Shown here: in pieces, positions 36,591-49,518 of the stretch
Layout: each line of letters opens with the position of its first letter
How positions within the stretch are numbered: position 1 is the stretch's first letter
Origin: Lama guanicoe
Lineage: Eukaryota
DNA length: 64,000 nt
Assembly: GCA_013239625.1 (NCBI GenBank)
Contig: MU054571.1
Location: forward strand, 1,185,699-1,249,698
Reading direction: 5' to 3'
Notes under the pieces: model-generated
Seen by the model: only the letters and a program-made list of their open reading frames with translations
The model's database searches: none
Told to the model about the DNA's origin: nothing
Translations under genes and position numbers: made by a program

Positions 36591-37222
36591 AAATTCCTCC
36601 ACCCCCTGTGGTAACTCTAAGGGCAGGAGACAGGCAGTGTTGTGTGGCAGGTGGGAGTCCCCGAGTGTGCCCGCCGGGCCTGCCTGCTGGCTGTGTAGGC
36701 ACTCAGGGGTCCCCGGGACTGCCTGCTCCAGCCCTGAGGTGTGGCCCCAAAACACAGAGGCCACTGACTGGATCCCCGCAAAGCACAGGTCCCAGATGGG
36801 AAAGCCAAGGCAGGTCTGTTCCTTGGAGAGAGGACCTGATAAGGAAACATCAGGAGAAAGCTGCTGGACAGCTCTAAAGGAAGCCACCTTGCCTGGACGT
36901 GGGACCAAGAAGCCAGAAGAGGGAGAGACATGCTTGACAATCTTGTGCCCAAACTTCTAATCCTGACCTGGGACCAGACTGTGGTGGACTCAACCTTTGA
37001 GATGGGGGGCCCGGGGGACTTCCTGACGGAGGAGGACAGCGTTGCTCGGAAGTCACAGCCTCCCCACTGAGCTTCCAAAAGTAAAAGAAACAAGCAAGTT
37101 AGACCAAAGAACTGAGGCCACTTGACATGACCTGAGCCAACACACTGAGGGTAACGCAGGGCTCGGGGAGGAGCAGCGCCTGGACATCACTGCAGGAAGG
37201 CCACCAACTCCGGTGCTCACCG

Positions 37223-37297
37223 TTTGTTTTTTTGGGGGGGATCCAGGACCACGTGCGTGCTAAGCATGTGCTCTACCCCCGAGCTATACCCTCCCCC
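37223..37297 (-). mobile_element. Camelid SINE, short/deleted copy
   Basis: ccaggaccacgtgcgtgctaagcatgtgctctacccccgagctataccctcccc. Confidence 0.85.
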
Positions 37298-37429
37298 CTC
37301 ATTGGCAACTAAATTGTCATCATTCTTTGAACAGGTATCTAGTACCTGAGAGCCATCCAAGTGTGCCAATGCACAGTAAATGCATGTTTTCAGAGTCCTG
37401 GGGGGTGAAGTTAAGTTACTAACAATTAC

Positions 37430-37750
37430 AGCAGTGACAAGACACTCCTAGAGCACTTAATATGTGCTGGGCACTGTCCTAAGGTCAGTGTCCATATTAA
37501 CCACAAATCATCACGCTTCATTACTACTATCATTATCCCTATCTACAGATGGAGAGACTATGGCACAGAAAGGCTCCCAAGGGCACACAGGTGGTTACTA
37601 GCAGAGTTTGGCTCCAGAGTTCTCAGTCTTTTTTTTTTTAATATATGTACATTTTTTATTGAACCTGGGACCCCCTGTATGCTAAGCCTGCGCTCTACCA
37701 CTGAGCTCTACCTCATCCTCAGAGTTCTCACTCTTAACCTCTACGCCAGG
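37430..37750 (-). mobile_element. MIR relic split by a SINE
   Basis: gagcacttaatatgtgctgggcactgtcctaag...attatccctatctacagatggagagactatggcacaga...ctcttaacctctacgcc. Confidence 0.8.
37631..37719 (-). mobile_element. Camelid SINE inserted in MIR
   Basis: attgaacctgggacccc...tatgctaagcctgcgctctaccactgagct; TSD cagagttctcagtctt (37615-37630) / cagagttctcactctt (37720-37735). Confidence 0.9.
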
Positions 37751-38399
37751 CTTCACCACTGATTAAAAAACAATGGAAAAGCTTTAAGAGAAAGAAAAGG
37801 CTTCTCGGAGATTCCGCACGTTTCCTGGTTTGTGTCCCCAAGCTAAGTCTCTATACCTTATAATAATCACGGACTTGGTTTTGTCTTCTCCACCCAGGCC
37901 AAGAAGGATCTTCACCCCGTGAAAGTCCAAACCCACCTTTATACCCCACACCCGGCAGGTGATACTTTATTGCCAGAAGAGAAATAACAGGGATCTCTCC
38001 CTAGGTCTTGGGGTAGGGCTCACCCACCTTGTACAGGGGTCCCAGGAGCCAGCTACACATGCACCAAAATCCCACTAAGGGCCATCATTGTCCTGGGGAC
38101 CAGTTTAATCTAGTTTACTACAACCAAATCAAATGGATGTGTACTCAGCACCTGCTGGGTACAAGCCACGGCACTGGTGCAGAGAAGGGAAAAAAAAAAA
38201 AAAACAAAATTCAGACAATGGGGAAGGGTTGAAAGACTCCTAAATAAAAGTAACTTAAAGGTCCAAGTAGAAGAGACTGGAACACAAAATTGAGAGAGAA
38301 CGGGAGGAAGGGAAATCCTGAGGTTTCTCTCCAAGAAGGCAAAACGCTCTGGGTATGAGACCATGAGCATCAGAAGCAGCTCCGGGACCTCCCACACCT

Positions 38400-38965
38400 T
38401 CATGGGAAGAGAAAGCAGTGCCACCACTTTGGAAATCAGTTTGGTCAGTTTTAAGAAAGCTAAACATACACTTATCACACAACCCAGCAACCCCACTCCT
38501 AGGCATTTATTCAAGAAAACATGAAAGTGTGTGTCCCCATAAACACCTATACGTGAATGTTACAAGAGTTTTAGTCATAATCACTCCAAATTTCAAACAA
38601 CCCAAATGTCCTCCTGGTGAATGGGTACGTGAACTGCACATCCACAAGGATACCTCTTAGGAATAAGAAGTAACAAACAACTGGCAACATATCCCAGCAT
38701 CGGTGCATCCCAGCCATGGGCTGCTGGGCTTCATTCATAGGACACACGGAAAAGGCAAAACCCCAAGGATGGAACACCGGTCAGTGGTTGCCAGGGGTCA
38801 GGGCTGAGTGACTACAAAGGAGCACAAGGAATATTTTAGGGTGACAAAATTGATATTTTGATTATGGTGGTTACACAACTATGTGCACTGGTCAAATTTC
38901 AGAGCCATACACCTTTACAAAGAGTGAATTTTACTGAACATAAATTATGTGTTGATACAACTGAC
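38400..38965 (+). mobile_element. Old L1 (L1MB/ME-like) 3' fragment
   Basis: ccactttggaaatcagtttgg...acccagcaaccccactcctaggcatttattcaag...aaacaacccaaatgtcc...ggtggttacacaactatg. Confidence 0.88.
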
Positions 38966-39571
38966 TTCTCAGAAGTGGCCCATAGCAATTATGTCAACAA
39001 AATTATCCCGTGGAATGGGGCTCTTCTATATCTCCAAGGTTCTGCAGACCATTTCTCCAACTTCCTCCACTAACCCCCACCCCCGATTTCTTCTCGGATA
39101 ATATTTATAGGAATATTTGGGGTTGCTCATCGATGGGAGAAAAAGCTCTGTGAGTCTTATAAAACTTCTTAAAGCGACCTCTGAGTGTTTGGATAGTCAT
39201 GGGAACTCTGCTGTACTGAAAGTGACACAAGTGGCCCTTCCTCCCCATGCCATGTTGACTGCTGATTACTAAGAAGGCAAGCTCTGCCCGTCCACACAGC
39301 TCACCACGATGAAACCAGTAAATCACCAAAAAGCCCAGACACATATGTCCCTATGGTACATGTGTCCCACATGTTGAACTACACTTGAAGTAGACCAAGG
39401 TCACTGCTAAAGTCTTTAGGCAAGAGCTAAATCTAAGATAACCCTTGACTATTGAATTGCAAACCTCATCAGGGTAGGAAAATCAAAAATGTCACGGTAC
39501 TATTGAAGCACACAACTGCACTGTGACTTGGTCTACAGATGCAGACCAAAAGCAACGCAAATGATTCCGGT

Positions 39572-40460
39572 TCTTTCTTTCATTCAATACCCAGCAGACA
39601 CATCTGGATTGCCTACGTGCGCTAGACATGAAAGATACATGCTTATCAATGTAAGTCCCTGTCCTCAGAGAGTTTACATTCTCTTGGGAGGGATCGATGA
39701 ATTACCAATAAATGAATGGACAAATAAACGAAGTGATCAATCAATAATAGACTGACTGTTGAGGAATAAAAGCTGGGAAGGAAGAACAGGGTAAGAGGAT
39801 GGGGGGCTTCTAATTTAGATCAAGTGGTCAGGTGTCCCTGAGGTGGTCACCTTTGGGCGGAGACCTGGAAGAACTGGCCAGAAAGCTGGTGAGTAGCTGA
39901 AGGTTCAGGAAGGCAAAAGAGGACCAAGTGCAAAGTGTCAAGCTTTGAGATGATGATGTGACTGGTTTGTGCATGGGACTAGCAAGGTGGCCGGTGTGGC
40001 TGGAGCTGAGTGAGGGACAGGAAGGTGCCTGGGAATCCGTCCGGAAGCGCTGGGCAGAGAGAATTGAGCGCAGGTCACAGAGGCTTGGGGTTTTACTCAG
40101 AGTTACCAGAAGCCACTGGAGGGGGTGGGCACCGGAGTGACGTCATCTTGATTTGGGTTTAAAGAATCACTCTAGCTGCTCCAAGGAAAACAGACTTTGT
40201 AGGGTAACATGGTACAGGTAGGTAGCTGGGGAAATGGACAAGGAACAGGGGGTTGGGGGCCACCAGAGCCATGCAGGCAGGGACAGCTGGCATCACTTGG
40301 TGGTGACAGTGGAGGAGATGAGGTGATGTGATGGGGCAGACAGGGCACTGGGTGAGTGATGGCACCACCCCTCGAGATGGAAGATGCTGGTGCTGGGATG
40401 GAGAGGTTAGTTCCACAGACAAGAGCAGCCACTATCAGGGGGCTCAAGAGGTGAATGAAG
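39572..40460 (-). mobile_element. L2 relic
   Basis: ttcattcaa 3' tail, gtccctgtcctcagagagtttacattct, gtggctggagctgagtgag, gaagccactggaggg, tttaaagaatcactctagctgct. Confidence 0.85.
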
Positions 40461-42380
40461 ATAAAGAAAGTTTACCTTGACCCAAGGAACCCTGTACCTT
40501 ACGACTGCAAAAGCTTTACAGTGGGAAGAGCGGACCCAGGACCGGTGTAGAATTAATTTTACCTTGCCGCAAGGACTAGGTAATTCACTGCGGACAGCTA
40601 AGACACGGATTTGTGTTAGAAATGCTGTATTCCATCAGTGAACTTCCCAGGCAACAAAGATTTCCAGTGAAGCTAATAAAAAATTCAAAGCTTTCTACAA
40701 TGTATCAACAAGGCTTTGAGACTCCCCCTTATTTAACTCCTGCTAAAAGAAAAGAATGTTGGCGAGATTATAGAGCATGGAGATTCTTTACTATATTTAC
40801 ATTATAAAAAGGCTTTGTCCTATGGGAAAGAGAAGTCAAATTATAAGACTCTTTAATTGGTTTACATGTTCAAGCCTTTTACATAAACACTCTGTTCGAC
40901 TTAATCCACCTCAAAGCACTTTTCGGCTTTACAGATTGTTTCCTTCAAGCTGCCCTAAGATGTCTGTGTTGAGGAAACTCTGAGTTTTACGAAGCTGCAT
41001 CTAACTTAGAAAGAGGCCAGAAACAGCGCAGCCAGGCACCACTGGGTCGTGACTGAACCCTGCAAGTGACAGTGAGGTGCAGCAGCAGACAAGCAGCAGA
41101 GCTCAGGTCTCCAGCACGTCCCCAGAGTCACATCCATTTGGTCCAAGGCAAGATTCATGCCCAGGATTCAAAACACAAGGAAAAGTTTAAATTGTTTTGG
41201 TTGGAGTAACTGTAGCCTGCTAACATGTACAGCGTCTTCCTGGAAGATATCAACCCCCATATTTTCCATCTTTTCCTCCTTCTTTCCCCCAGTTCAACCC
41301 TACGAGCAACAGCACAGAGCCCGCTGGGAAACCAGACGAAAACACGAGTGGGGACGCCAAGTGTGGGGACTTCCGCAGACGACCCATACGGACATTGCTT
41401 TTAATCTGTTCCTGTTGGTGAGAAAATGTTTCAATCTGGTTGGAACCAACCAAACTTGAAACCATTTTATAAGCTTTGTCTGCTTTTGATTTTTTAAAAA
41501 TTGGACTCAAAAGAAATAAGCTCTCCCACGTAACCATCCTCATCCAGCTCCCCTTCATCAGCCAAGAGAGAAACTGCCTTCTTGTCACGGAGGGCTGGGA
41601 CAGGTGACTTCAACAGCTTTCCAGTGTAACATTTTTGAGGTCCTTTAGTAGTTTTCCAGATGTTTTCCTATCATCCTGCATCTCTTAGGATGTACTCTTG
41701 GAAAGATCTGCTCTCAAAAGAATTCACTGTTTTGCTCTGAAGGATTTCTTACTCAAATCTCTGCATTTAGTGACTTTTCCCACAGTACCAGCTATTAAAG
41801 ACAGATTTTTTTTCTGGCTTGTTGCTTTAAGATGTCAAGATGCTTTTCTAATCTGGACCTGGGACTCCCTTTGACATCGTTCCTCATCCTTACACTAACC
41901 AGATGTCTCTGCCTTCTTCCAGAAGACAGCGGTATTGAGACTTCATGCTCCGGGCGTCTCCTGGGTCATCTGTTCACATATTTACCTTATTTCTTCCCAA
42001 TGGTTCCAGACAAATCTCCTCTATTTTCATTTTTTTTAAATCTCAGCATTGAAACACACATACCCAGGCAGTGTCAAATCCTCTGCCAAGACTGAATTAG
42101 TGTGGTTTTTCTCTTTGGACCCATCTATAATGACCCAAAAATGTATTATATCTGGATTCTCAGACGTCTGTTAAATATTAACCACGATGATGTGAAATGT
42201 TAGAAAATTGGGTCTGTCTGAACCTCCATTATTAATCCAGTCTGCTATTATTTCTTGCTAAGATCCTATAACCCATTTTGAAACTGTCACTGATCCCTCT
42301 TGTAAAGCTAATGAAACCTAAAATCTCCCTCTCCAGAAATACTCTAAAACAAAAAGGTAGCTCTTGTTGCTGTTCCAGAG

Positions 42381-42590
42381 CAGAGATCCAGACACTGCAA
42401 CCCCTGGGCCAGACCTGCCCAGTGTCCACTTTTGTCAATAAAGTTTTACTGGAAGACAGCCCTGCTTAACTGTTTCCATATTGGACATATCTTTGTAGCA
42501 ATCAGTTCAGTAAGACCAAGTCACATGTAGGACCCAGTGTGAAACGTGAAATACCATGACCCTTAGAAACCAGTTCTCCCACTTGCCAGA
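42381..42590. mobile_element. MER58A-like hAT-Charlie MITE
   Basis: tgggccagacctgcccagtgtccacttttgtcaataaagttttactggaagacagcc matches the recalled MER58 core. Confidence 0.75.
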
Positions 42591-43150
42591 ATGTTACCCC
42601 CACCCATGCAGTACCCCGGTGCCCCATAGAAACACGTTAGCCCTGATTCTCTGCCAGTCCCAGCTAGGAAGTTACCATTCCCCATTCATCACACCGTGTT
42701 CTATTCATGCCCTCAGCTCTTCTAAGAATAAAACTGACTTTCCTCCCACCTGCCCCCGACTCCAAGTGAAGGGAAAACCATGCCCTTTGCTCCATCCTTC
42801 TGTTCTAGTGATGGATAAAACCCCTTGCCCGAGTGCTACAGGGAGATTTGTTAATTAAAGATTTACTCATTTCATCCTGTTACTGTGTTACTCTCTGAGT
42901 CACCTCAACATACATGTGCGAAAGCCACTGGTCGGCGTACCTCCAGCCCTGGGAGCTTACTAAGAGGTCCTGGACCATGACAATGGAATAAGACATGTTT
43001 CCACTGGAGAGGAGGGCCCAATGGCGCTGGTTCTGGTGGGGCAGGGCCATCACTCTGGATGCGGAGATGTCACCTCAGGGTCTAGAGCAGCTGGCTCTTG
43101 GAACACTGAGCTGGATTCTAGTGTGGGGCAATCAGAGCCAGCCCTTCGGA

Positions 43151-43243
43151 TTTTTGGTTTGTTTTTAGTGAAGATACCGGGGATTGGACCCAGGACCTCA
43201 TGCACGCTAAGCACGCGCTCTACGCCTGAGCTACACCCACCCC
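43151..43243 (-). mobile_element. Camelid tRNA-Ala-derived SINE
   Basis: ggggattggacccaggacctcatgcacgctaagcacgcgctctacgcctgagctacacccacccc; agcccttc duplicated on both flanks. Confidence 0.9.
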
Positions 43244-45059
43244 CTAGCCCTTCTATTTTTGATCACAGCTTTTGGCTGCACACAGGGCTCCAGGTCAGCT
43301 GGCATCTGCCTGGGATGTACCGCCCACGGGCTGGAGCAGATTTTTCATGTCTCTTCTGGCACACAGCTGTGACCCTCGGGGACTGGAAGCATATTGAGAA
43401 CTGGCCCTACTCTCCTGTCCAAGAGTTCCCCCAAGATCACCCGAACCCCTCTGTCCATCAGACTGGAGATCACTTCCCTTTGGAATCTTTCAAAGGTTTA
43501 CAAAATACCTTGATCAACAGGGTGTTGAATAACTGCTATGTAATTGTGATCACTTTTCAAATTTCAAGTTAAAAAAAATGGAAACTTCAGCAAAAGACTG
43601 AATTGCATTGACCCCCTCTCTCTGTGGGTGACCTGGACACCCACTGTCCTGGTCTACAAACCTCCCCTCTGCCCTCTCCCACTCAGCCCAGCTGTCACCC
43701 CTGGCCCTGGAACACAGATGCCAAAATGACATGTCGCTTTCTGCCCCAAGTTCTGCTTCGAGGCACAAGTGGTGAAAACTGCAGGAAAATTTCCACTTCT
43801 GCTGCTCTGTTTTGCCACCTGCAATATTCCCAAGGCAATGGGAAAATTCCACCAGGAGAAATGGACCAAGCCCAGCCCCGAATGCTGGGGCTGGCGCTAA
43901 AAGTGACACCTGGGGCACAGTTTCATGGGCCACGATGAACGCCAGTGAGGAAAGAGGGAAGAGCAGAGCCCTTTCCATGGGTGCTGCCAGCGCTCAGGTA
44001 GAAGCCATTCTCGTTTGCCGTCCCCCCTCCACCTCTATCACCTCTTCATGCTCTACCTTTGGCCCAGAAAACCCCAAACATGCAAGCAGGCAGGCACCTC
44101 TGGGGTCATCCATCCGGCCCCTTCATTGTAGGTGTGAAGTGATGCTTTGAGCCATGGGTTAACATCACTAGAACGTCATTAACCCTCGTGCTGGTAGAGG
44201 TCCCAGCGGTGAAGCCAGAATCTGCTTCTCTGCAAGACCTTGGGTCTAGAATCGTGCCTGAGCCCTGCATGTGGGCCTGGCAGTCTATGTCAGAGGTGAG
44301 CTAAGGCACAGTCCCCTGGAGGAGTTCTGTTCAGTGTGACGTGGTCAACCAACCTGGAGTACAGAGAACAAGGTTTTGTCCAAATGAAGTAACTAGGTGG
44401 AGCAGAAGCCTCAGGGGCTGGGTGACTGCTGAAATGCCCTCCTGGCCCTCTGCTCCCTGGTGGTCCTCCCCTCACACCCAGGACGAGGGGACCATGAGCG
44501 GATCGGAGCTGGAGGCACGGCCATGTCCTGGCAGTGGCCTGCTGGTCGCACCCCGCATATAAAATGAAAACCCCCCAGGTCTGAAGCTGTTTGTGTGGGC
44601 AAGAGAGATTATCTCCCTCCACTGACTTGTACTGAATTCTCCAATGTCATGATCTGTCCACGATCCACGTGGCACATCCCTGGGAGACGTCAGCAGCTGA
44701 CAAAGCCACCGAAGCTGTTTTAAGGAGGCAGGACAACCTCGATCTGTGTGTTCTGTCTCCCTCTGCATCAGAGGAGGTTTCTTTATCAAATACTTTGCTA
44801 GAAAAACAACCTGAAACAAAAAGCATCGCATATGGCTTGGAAAGTCTAAGGATGAACAGTCAGAAAGCCAGACACTCTCTAAACGCCCGAGTGTTAGGGG
44901 TGATGCCACAGGCCAGGCACCCAGCCCCGCCTTCATCCAGGCCTGCTCAGCTGAGACCGGCATCTAAATCACGCCGTCTGGCGTGTGCTCTCATAGAAGT
45001 GTTGTCCAGCGGGGCCCAGAAGCCCCTCTCCCCAGCAGGTGCCCCTGACCAGCTGGCTT

Positions 45060-45750
45060 CCTGGAGGAGGCACCTAGTGACATCTTCAGTGACCAGTCAG
45101 GAGGAGGAAGGGGAAAAGCACTGCAGGCAGAAGGCACAGCACGTGCGGGGCCCTGAGGCGGAGTCTGAGCCACACATTTACAGGAGGCTGAGGGCCACTC
45201 GGCTCGCCCAGGACGTGGGCCAGCTGGGCGGGGAGGGAGGCTGCATCAGAAGGGCTCTCTCGGCCAGGCTGAGACTAGGCGTCAGCCCTGTCGCTACAGG
45301 CAAAGATTTGGGCTGTAACAAGTGCACGTGCATCTCGGGAGGGTGACGGAGTTCAGAAGAGGGGAGGGGGGACGAGGTGGCTGCAGAAGAGGCTCCCCCG
45401 GTGCCAGTGCCGGGCATTACCTGCCGGGCGGCCCCGTGAGAGCTATCCTGGGCCGGAGGCGAGGGCGGCCCAGAGCCCGGTGGGGCTGAGGCCAGGGGAA
45501 AGTCCCAGGGAGCGGGGGCGTGGGAGAGAGGAGGATCGGACGGGTGACCCTGGGAAGGGATGGCATGGGGCCCACGGAACACTGGTGGAGCAGGAGAGCG
45601 CGGAAGGGGTGGAGAGCGAGGAAGGGCTGGGGAGTGAGACACAAAGCACTGGCAGCAGAAGGGAGGAGAAAGTGGCAGTGGTGACGAGACACAGAGTGAG
45701 TGAGGGCTTCAGAAATACATGGTGATGACGAGAGAGACTCGCTGCCTCAG
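45060..45750 (-). mobile_element. Probable L2 relic, unusually GC/CpG-rich
   Basis: gggaaaagcactgcaggcagaaggcacagcacgtgcggggccctgaggcgg resembles the reverse L2 motif gggaagagcattccaggcagagggaacagcaagtgcaaaggccctgaggcag. Confidence 0.55.
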
Positions 45751-45838
45751 CACAGAGCCTGACGTGGAAAGCCACAGCAATTTCTAAAGTGTCAGCCCAG
45801 GGTGGGTGAGAGGGAGACGGGGAGAGAGAGATGGAGGA

Positions 45839-45871
45839 NNNNNNNNNNNNNNNNNNNNNNNNNNNNNNNNN
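45839..45871. other. Assembly gap (33 N) in purine-rich tract
   Basis: Run of N between GA-rich flanks. Confidence 0.99.
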
Positions 45872-46699
45872 CAGGAGGGAGAAGGGAGGGGGGGAATTAA
45901 AAATCTTACAATTAAGTCTTGTACCTACAATTTCCTATCCAGATAAACTCACTTAGCACAGAGGTTCGGGAAAAGCCTGCCTACCGCCCTCCTCCTCTGT
46001 GTGATCACCTGGGGTAGGGGGAAGCCAACAACCAAAACTTACCCTCAGGGCACCTACTGAAAGGTATTATTAGATCATCAGAATTAGATTTGACTCTTCC
46101 ATCAGCCAGACTTCTTATCCGCTGCAAATCAAATCACGTTCCCTGCAATAAAGCTCCTGTCTGAGCTCCTTTATTTATTTAAAGAGAGGCAGGGCTTAGC
46201 CAGGGCCACTTTAACCCCCTATCAGGGACAGACATTGTTCCGCCACGTGACTTCCTCTCAGACCCGACCAGAGGGGAAGACTCCCCTGGTTGTGACAGCC
46301 AGCACACGCCCTTCCTGCCCCCACCTCTCCCTATCCCCCACCCCCCACTGCCACCGCAGCCCATCAGAGATGTTTCCTGGGAGGGGCTGATGAGCACAGT
46401 GAGCAGGAGAGCCCTGGATGCCCACACTGCCTCTTGGCTTCTGCTTCCCTTTGCTATCGCATCTGTAAGCATACTGGAAAAGCTCTCAGTAGCAGACTGC
46501 TTAACCTGTGGTCGCCAAGACAGTCACCACACAGCACACGCCCTCCTCAGCCCCTCCAAGGGGACCGAGGGTGGGTTATTGCCCACGGACCAGCGGTCGG
46601 TGAGAGGGCAGCTGCTGGGTCAGGCCAGCAAGAAACTCATGAATAAAGAGTTGAGTCCCGGCCCCGAGGAACTCTTGGTCAGGAGGATGCATTTATTAC

Positions 46700-46820
46700 C
46701 TCATTAAGTAAGTACTGATCAAGCACCTTCCATGTCCCAGACACTGTTCCAGGTGCCTGGTGTAAAGCAGCAAAGAAAACAGAAATCCTTTGCCTCATGG
46801 CACTAACATTCTAGTGCTAA
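46700..46820 (-). mobile_element. L2 3' terminus
   Basis: tcaagcaccttccatgtcccagacactgttccaggtgc...tgcctcatggcactaacattctagtg. Confidence 0.75.
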
Positions 46821-49415
46821 GTGAGGAAGCAGCTCTTCCCACTAAGCCCATGACAGGAGGCAAGGACAACTGAGTGATGCTCATTAAGAAGGAAGGAGAA
46901 AATGCTTGCTGGGGTGAGGGAGGCATGATGAGGAAATAAGACCTAAAAACCTTGTTACAATGCAAACAGGCTTTCAGAGGCTGAAATTTATAGATATTTT
47001 CAAAGAGGACGACCACGCTGTGCTTGACCTCACGTGCTGTGACTGCCCCCCTGCCATCCCTAAGGAATGGTAACTGGGGCTGTGGGAGGCAGACTCCAGA
47101 GGTTCAAGGGTTGCAGAGCAGGAGGGGTTCAAAGGTCATCTTAAGATCCACCTAATAGGTTTATAATCAACTCACATAATCTCCCTCCCAGCCTAGCAAA
47201 ACACACACAGCTGCATCAGACAGCGTCTCATCAACTTTTATCACTGCCCCCACCCCATCCATCCAACTGTCATTTACCCTGATTCGGGGTGCGCTGTGCC
47301 TGGCTCACCCCTCCCTCCAGGGCACTCTGAGCACCACCCCACACAGAGGAATGCCCACAGAATCCTCCTCTCTCTGGACAGCCCTTCAGGAACTTTGCTT
47401 GAGAATGGGAAGTCAAAGAAAGTCACCTCCAGGAGAAAGAAGCACTGGAAATTAAAGTGCAATTATCTAGTTGACTATCTCTGCTTAATTTTTTGTGTGG
47501 GGGAGAAAACAAAACAAAACAAAACAACTTCGCTTCCTTTGGGCCAACCGACAAGAAATTGTAGAATTCCTTTTGGCTGGAACCTAGAAAACTTTGTTTC
47601 CATTCAGTGCGGCTCCTCTTCTCCAAGAGCCTGCTTATCAGACAGCCGTGCAATTTCTATACAGGTGCCTCCATCAACAGAGATTTTCCTCCAGGCAGGG
47701 CAGCCTGTTTATTACACAGAGGTTTCAAAAATTCTCCTGATATTTATAATCCTCAACCCACAGGCCCTAGATCAATTTAGCTAAAAAAAAAAGGGGGGGG
47801 GGGGTACAAATTTAAATGTGGTTTCTTCCTAGCTATAAATCCAATCATTAAGCTGAACAATCTGAAGAAGAGGGAAAAAATAAATGGATACTCTAAGAAT
47901 TGGAAAGCAAGAATTGTGATGGTCCCTGAGCATAAAATATGATGAGCAGATTTTGGAAAGACAATCTTTTGGGAAAGAGTGAGTGACATCCAGCGAGGAT
48001 GCCCTCTGGCTTGGAGAGGATGACCAGCTTTAGGATTAGGTGGCTGGGAGAGAGGTGCTGCCCCCGGAGCCCAGCCAGAGACAGAGCTGGTCCTGCCCTG
48101 GTGAGCACGTCAGCTCTCATAGGGCTTAATGAGCTGGGACTGCAGAAAGGGCTAAGCTTGCCGGTGACTCAGTCTTACCAAATTTATGTGTGATTAAGAT
48201 AAGCCCCTATACTTTAGCTATCCTTCTATCATTTCTGTCTTGGAAATTCTCACATTCTCTCTCTTTTGTGGGTGTCAGAGCAAATATCCAAAATGCTTGG
48301 TTCTTTTGCCTGCTGCCATTTCAGCTGGTCTCCACCACAGTATTGCAAGCACCCTGTGAAATCATCAGTAGTTACCTTTAATTCTGGTCCTCGAAACTCA
48401 GAAAGAAGTCATCTCTTCATGGGCTTCTCCTTTAGTTTTAGGAAACGACCAGTCTCCAGTGTAGGTGGAATCTGTGAAAACAATTATTTTTCAAAATGAT
48501 AGGATGTAACTTCTAAAGCTGAGAAATACATACACGAGATGGAATAAATTCATTTGCACTTAAGGTAACCTCTGAAAATCCTGGACTACACCCTACTTTC
48601 TCAATATCCTGCTGGCTGGTGGGAGAGTAAAACTGACATGCACGGTGGAAGGTGAAACTGATGTGCAATTTCTATAACAGTTTTTTCTACTTGTACTTTC
48701 AATCACGATTGAAGTTGCCTTAATTGAATCCACTTTAACCTGATTCAACTCAAAACATTTGCCATCAGTTACTGTAAACAACCAAGTTACCTCCTATTTC
48801 AGCAACCCCAAGTTCCCCTTCTTACTCAATAATCACCTCACTACTGTGGCAAGTTCTGTCAAACAAGTATCGCAAACTGTTCCCCCACACAAACACACGC
48901 AGATCAAGCAGACAGGATGCACATACCGGTGGGGAGGGAGAAGTGTCAGCTATGCTTCCTTTATCTTGCTAAGAGGTAGCCAACTGAATTTTAACAAATG
49001 CACAAACTGTGATCCCCCCAAGTATGCACTGACAATCTCTCAGGTCTTGAATTAAAGTAAACAGTGCTGCCATTTTTAATAATGTAGGATTTGCTAATTC
49101 TGTTGGCGGAGGCTTCACTGCTCTGAGCACGTCCGCTCCTCTGGTGACGTCTGATGGCTTTATTCTCTGGAGTAGGCTCAGTGCAACTGCAGAAACCAAA
49201 GGTCACCAGCCCTCCAGGGTGACTGTGGAGAGGCAGCCACACCTCCAAAGATGCATCAGGACCCCTGGTTCTGGGTCTTTTCTTGTTTCCTCTATTTACG
49301 CCAGACTCTCGGGATCTCTATTTGCCCAGCCTGGCAGCAGCAAAGGGAACGTCCTTCCAGCTTTTCTGGCTCCTCCCCCTGCTTCTCTTAGCCAGACCTT
49401 TGCTTTAGTGTGTTT

Positions 49416-49518
49416 CTTCCTGTTTACAGCAGCAGCAAAAGGCATACAGAAAAGGCGACGGGTGTGAACAGCTCTTCACAAAACTGTCTGCCCTCAGGGA
49501 TGTCCACAGTCACGTGAC
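49416..49518. promoter_or_regulatory. Candidate enhancer: FOX:ETS composite plus GTCACGTGAC E-box
   Basis: CTTCCTGTTTAC (reverse GTAAACAGGAAG) at 49416-49427; palindrome GTCACGTGAC at 49509-49518; repeat-free context. Confidence 0.4.

Noticed and set aside
40138-40145. Full CRE TGACGTCA
   Set aside because: Single 8-mer inside an L2 relic with no supporting cluster
41260-41460. Plus-strand acceptor (long pyrimidine tract, cag) followed by CpG-containing sequence
   Set aside because: No convincing donor, no recognisable peptide, and opposite to the inferred host strand
44669-45346. Longest ORF (225 aa) as a gene
   Set aside because: GTG start, no recognisable domain, and it runs into a GC-rich L2-like relic where stop codons are scarce
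46925-46984. C/D snoRNA-like ATGATGA...CTGA pair (a similar pair lies at 10872-10976)
   Set aside because: No terminal stem or recognisable guide, and antisense to the inferred host
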